From: a virus
DNA: 64,000 bases
Direction: 5' to 3' (one strand)
Virus record (IMG/VR): IMGVR_UViG_3300032242_002920
Span: 68,002 to 132,001 of that record
Part shown: positions 63,049-64,000 of the stretch, piece by piece
How the letters are laid out: each line of letters opens with the position of its first letter
Position numbering within the stretch: the stretch's first letter is position 1
Made by a program: the position numbers and the translations under genes
The notes under the pieces: model-generated
What the model was told of the DNA's origin: nothing
What the model saw: only the letters and a program-made list of their open reading frames with translations
Databases searched by the model: none

Positions 63049-63155
63049 CCTTCCCCCAGATACACAAGTAATAACTATCCCCCAGAGCATTAGGGGGATT
63101 ATTATTGACAATCATATAAAAAGAAATGAATCAGGGGGAGTGTCGAATATTCATT

Positions 63156-63214
63156 TTATGTGTGATCAACTATAAGTATTGTGTGATGAACCATTTATAT
63201 TATGTGTGATCAAC
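63156..63214. repeat. three iteron-like direct repeats TGTGTGAT(C/G)AAC
   Basis: GTGTGAT cores at 63160, 63181, 63204 (21/23-bp period) in a ~410-bp non-coding region with A-rich tracts. Confidence 0.7.
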
Positions 63215-63464
63215 CTATCCTTCCCCCCTTACAGCCTCGCCCTCTCACGCGCACATATAATAGTTGGGGAGTAATAAGAAAAGAAATCAATAAGAAATAA
63301 AAAGAAATAACCAATAATGACAGTATTTTTTGCAGTAACAGGGGCCGTGATGATATTCTGTGCGGCCAAAGCATAAACAATAAAAAATAATCAAAATAAT
63401 AAGAAAAGTAATCATTTCTGGAAAAAATGATACATTTTGATAAGAAAAATATGTAGTTCAGCAT

Positions 63465-63497
63465 TTTACCCCGTCTTTACCATTGAGTTGCTATAAT
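63465..63497 (+). promoter_or_regulatory. tandem-TTTAC promoter copy 8
   Basis: TTTAC-cccgtc-TTTAC-N11-TATAAT. Confidence 0.8.
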
Positions 63498-63567
63498 GAT
63501 GGGTGGGTGGGTCGGACAAGGTAATGACCAAACTGGTAGTAGAGGCCCGACCAAACTACTAATAGGC

Positions 63568-63600
63568 TTTACTAGTCCTTTACTCTAGGTGTGCTATACT
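63568..63600 (+). promoter_or_regulatory. tandem-TTTAC promoter copy 9
   Basis: TTTAC-tagtcc-TTTAC-N11-TATACT; leaderless ATG at 63607. Confidence 0.8.
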
Positions 63601-63606
63601 GGGCGT

Positions 63607-63789
63607 ATGCACAGTGATGTTAAAGCACAAATCAATCTAGTTGTTTCCATGCACGAAGCGTATGGCGCTTGGCATAGAGCTAAAAAGTCTGGGGAGGATT
63701 CTGATATAGTGTCCGACCTATACTATGACTATATAGAGCTATTGGATCTAATGGAAGATTATGTTCCAGATCCAAATGCAAAGTTTTAA
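63607..63789 (+). CDS. hypothetical protein (leaderless)
   Basis: ATG 6 nt after -10. Confidence 0.55.
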   Translation: MHSDVKAQINLVVSMHEAYGAWHRAKKSGEDSDIVSDLYYDYIELLDLMEDYVPDPNAKF

Positions 63790-63817
63790 CTGTTCTTTAC
63801 CATTGATAGTGTATAGT
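63785..63817 (+). promoter_or_regulatory. tandem-TTTAC promoter copy 10
   Basis: TTTAA-ctgttc-TTTAC-N11-TATAGT. Confidence 0.7.
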
Positions 63818-63847
63818 GCGTAGCACAACCAATCAAGGAGGGCCACA

Positions 63848-64000
63848 TGGCCACAGTTAGTGAAGTAATGGATCAGGAAGAGCGCGTTCTTGGAGAGATC
63901 GAAGAGCTTGCTAGTTACATTGATGAGCTTCGCGGCTACATTAATGAGATGGAGAGCATGGCACGGTCAATGCTTCCTAATCATTGGGATGGCGGGGACA
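63848..64000 (+). CDS. hypothetical coiled-coil protein (partial, runs off window)
   Basis: AAGGAGG RBS; MATVSEVMDQEERVLGEIEELASY... Confidence 0.6.

Noticed and set aside
63511-63566. HDV-like/theta ribozyme (starts GGGTCGG, contains CCGACC)
   Set aside because: Lacks the P3/L3 TCC motif, the P1.1 GG after P1 and a P4/J4-2 segment.

Overview
A 64-kb segment of a large, fairly AT-rich tailed dsDNA phage genome. No integrase or host genes are visible. Left arm (478-16140, - strand): replication/recombination operon with SNF2 helicase, stand-alone sigma-70 region-4 protein, RuvC, Cas4-like and Hjc-like nucleases, RecA, DnaE, SSB, primase, DnaB, DnaC-like loader and a MerR-type HTH. Middle (16.2-49.4 kb, + strand): class II ribonucleotide reductase, 13 tRNAs, a GH-A glycoside hydrolase, a three-domain endolysin, holin-like genes, three paralogous tail-fibre genes, terminase large subunit, portal, nucleotide-metabolism enzymes and several large multidomain proteins. 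Right arm (54.3-64 kb): many short early-type genes. Leaderless starts, the glycoside-hydrolase type and the terminase/portal style suggest an actinobacterial host (inference). Most notable signals: (1) a rigid promoter architecture TTTAC-N6-TTTAC-N11-TAnnnT, with 9 intact copies and 1 variant, that replaces the -35 box across the early region; (2) several GC-rich structured candidate ncRNAs, upstream of nrdJ, inside the tRNA cluster and in the early region; (3) large multidomain proteins whose modules appear separated by K/R-x-A/S motifs, suggesting protease-processed polyproteins; (4) an orphan 3' half of tRNA-Val that supplies a promoter -35; (5) an iteron-like non-coding region at ~63.1-63.45 kb. 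All protein assignments come from motif recognition by eye; no database searches were run.
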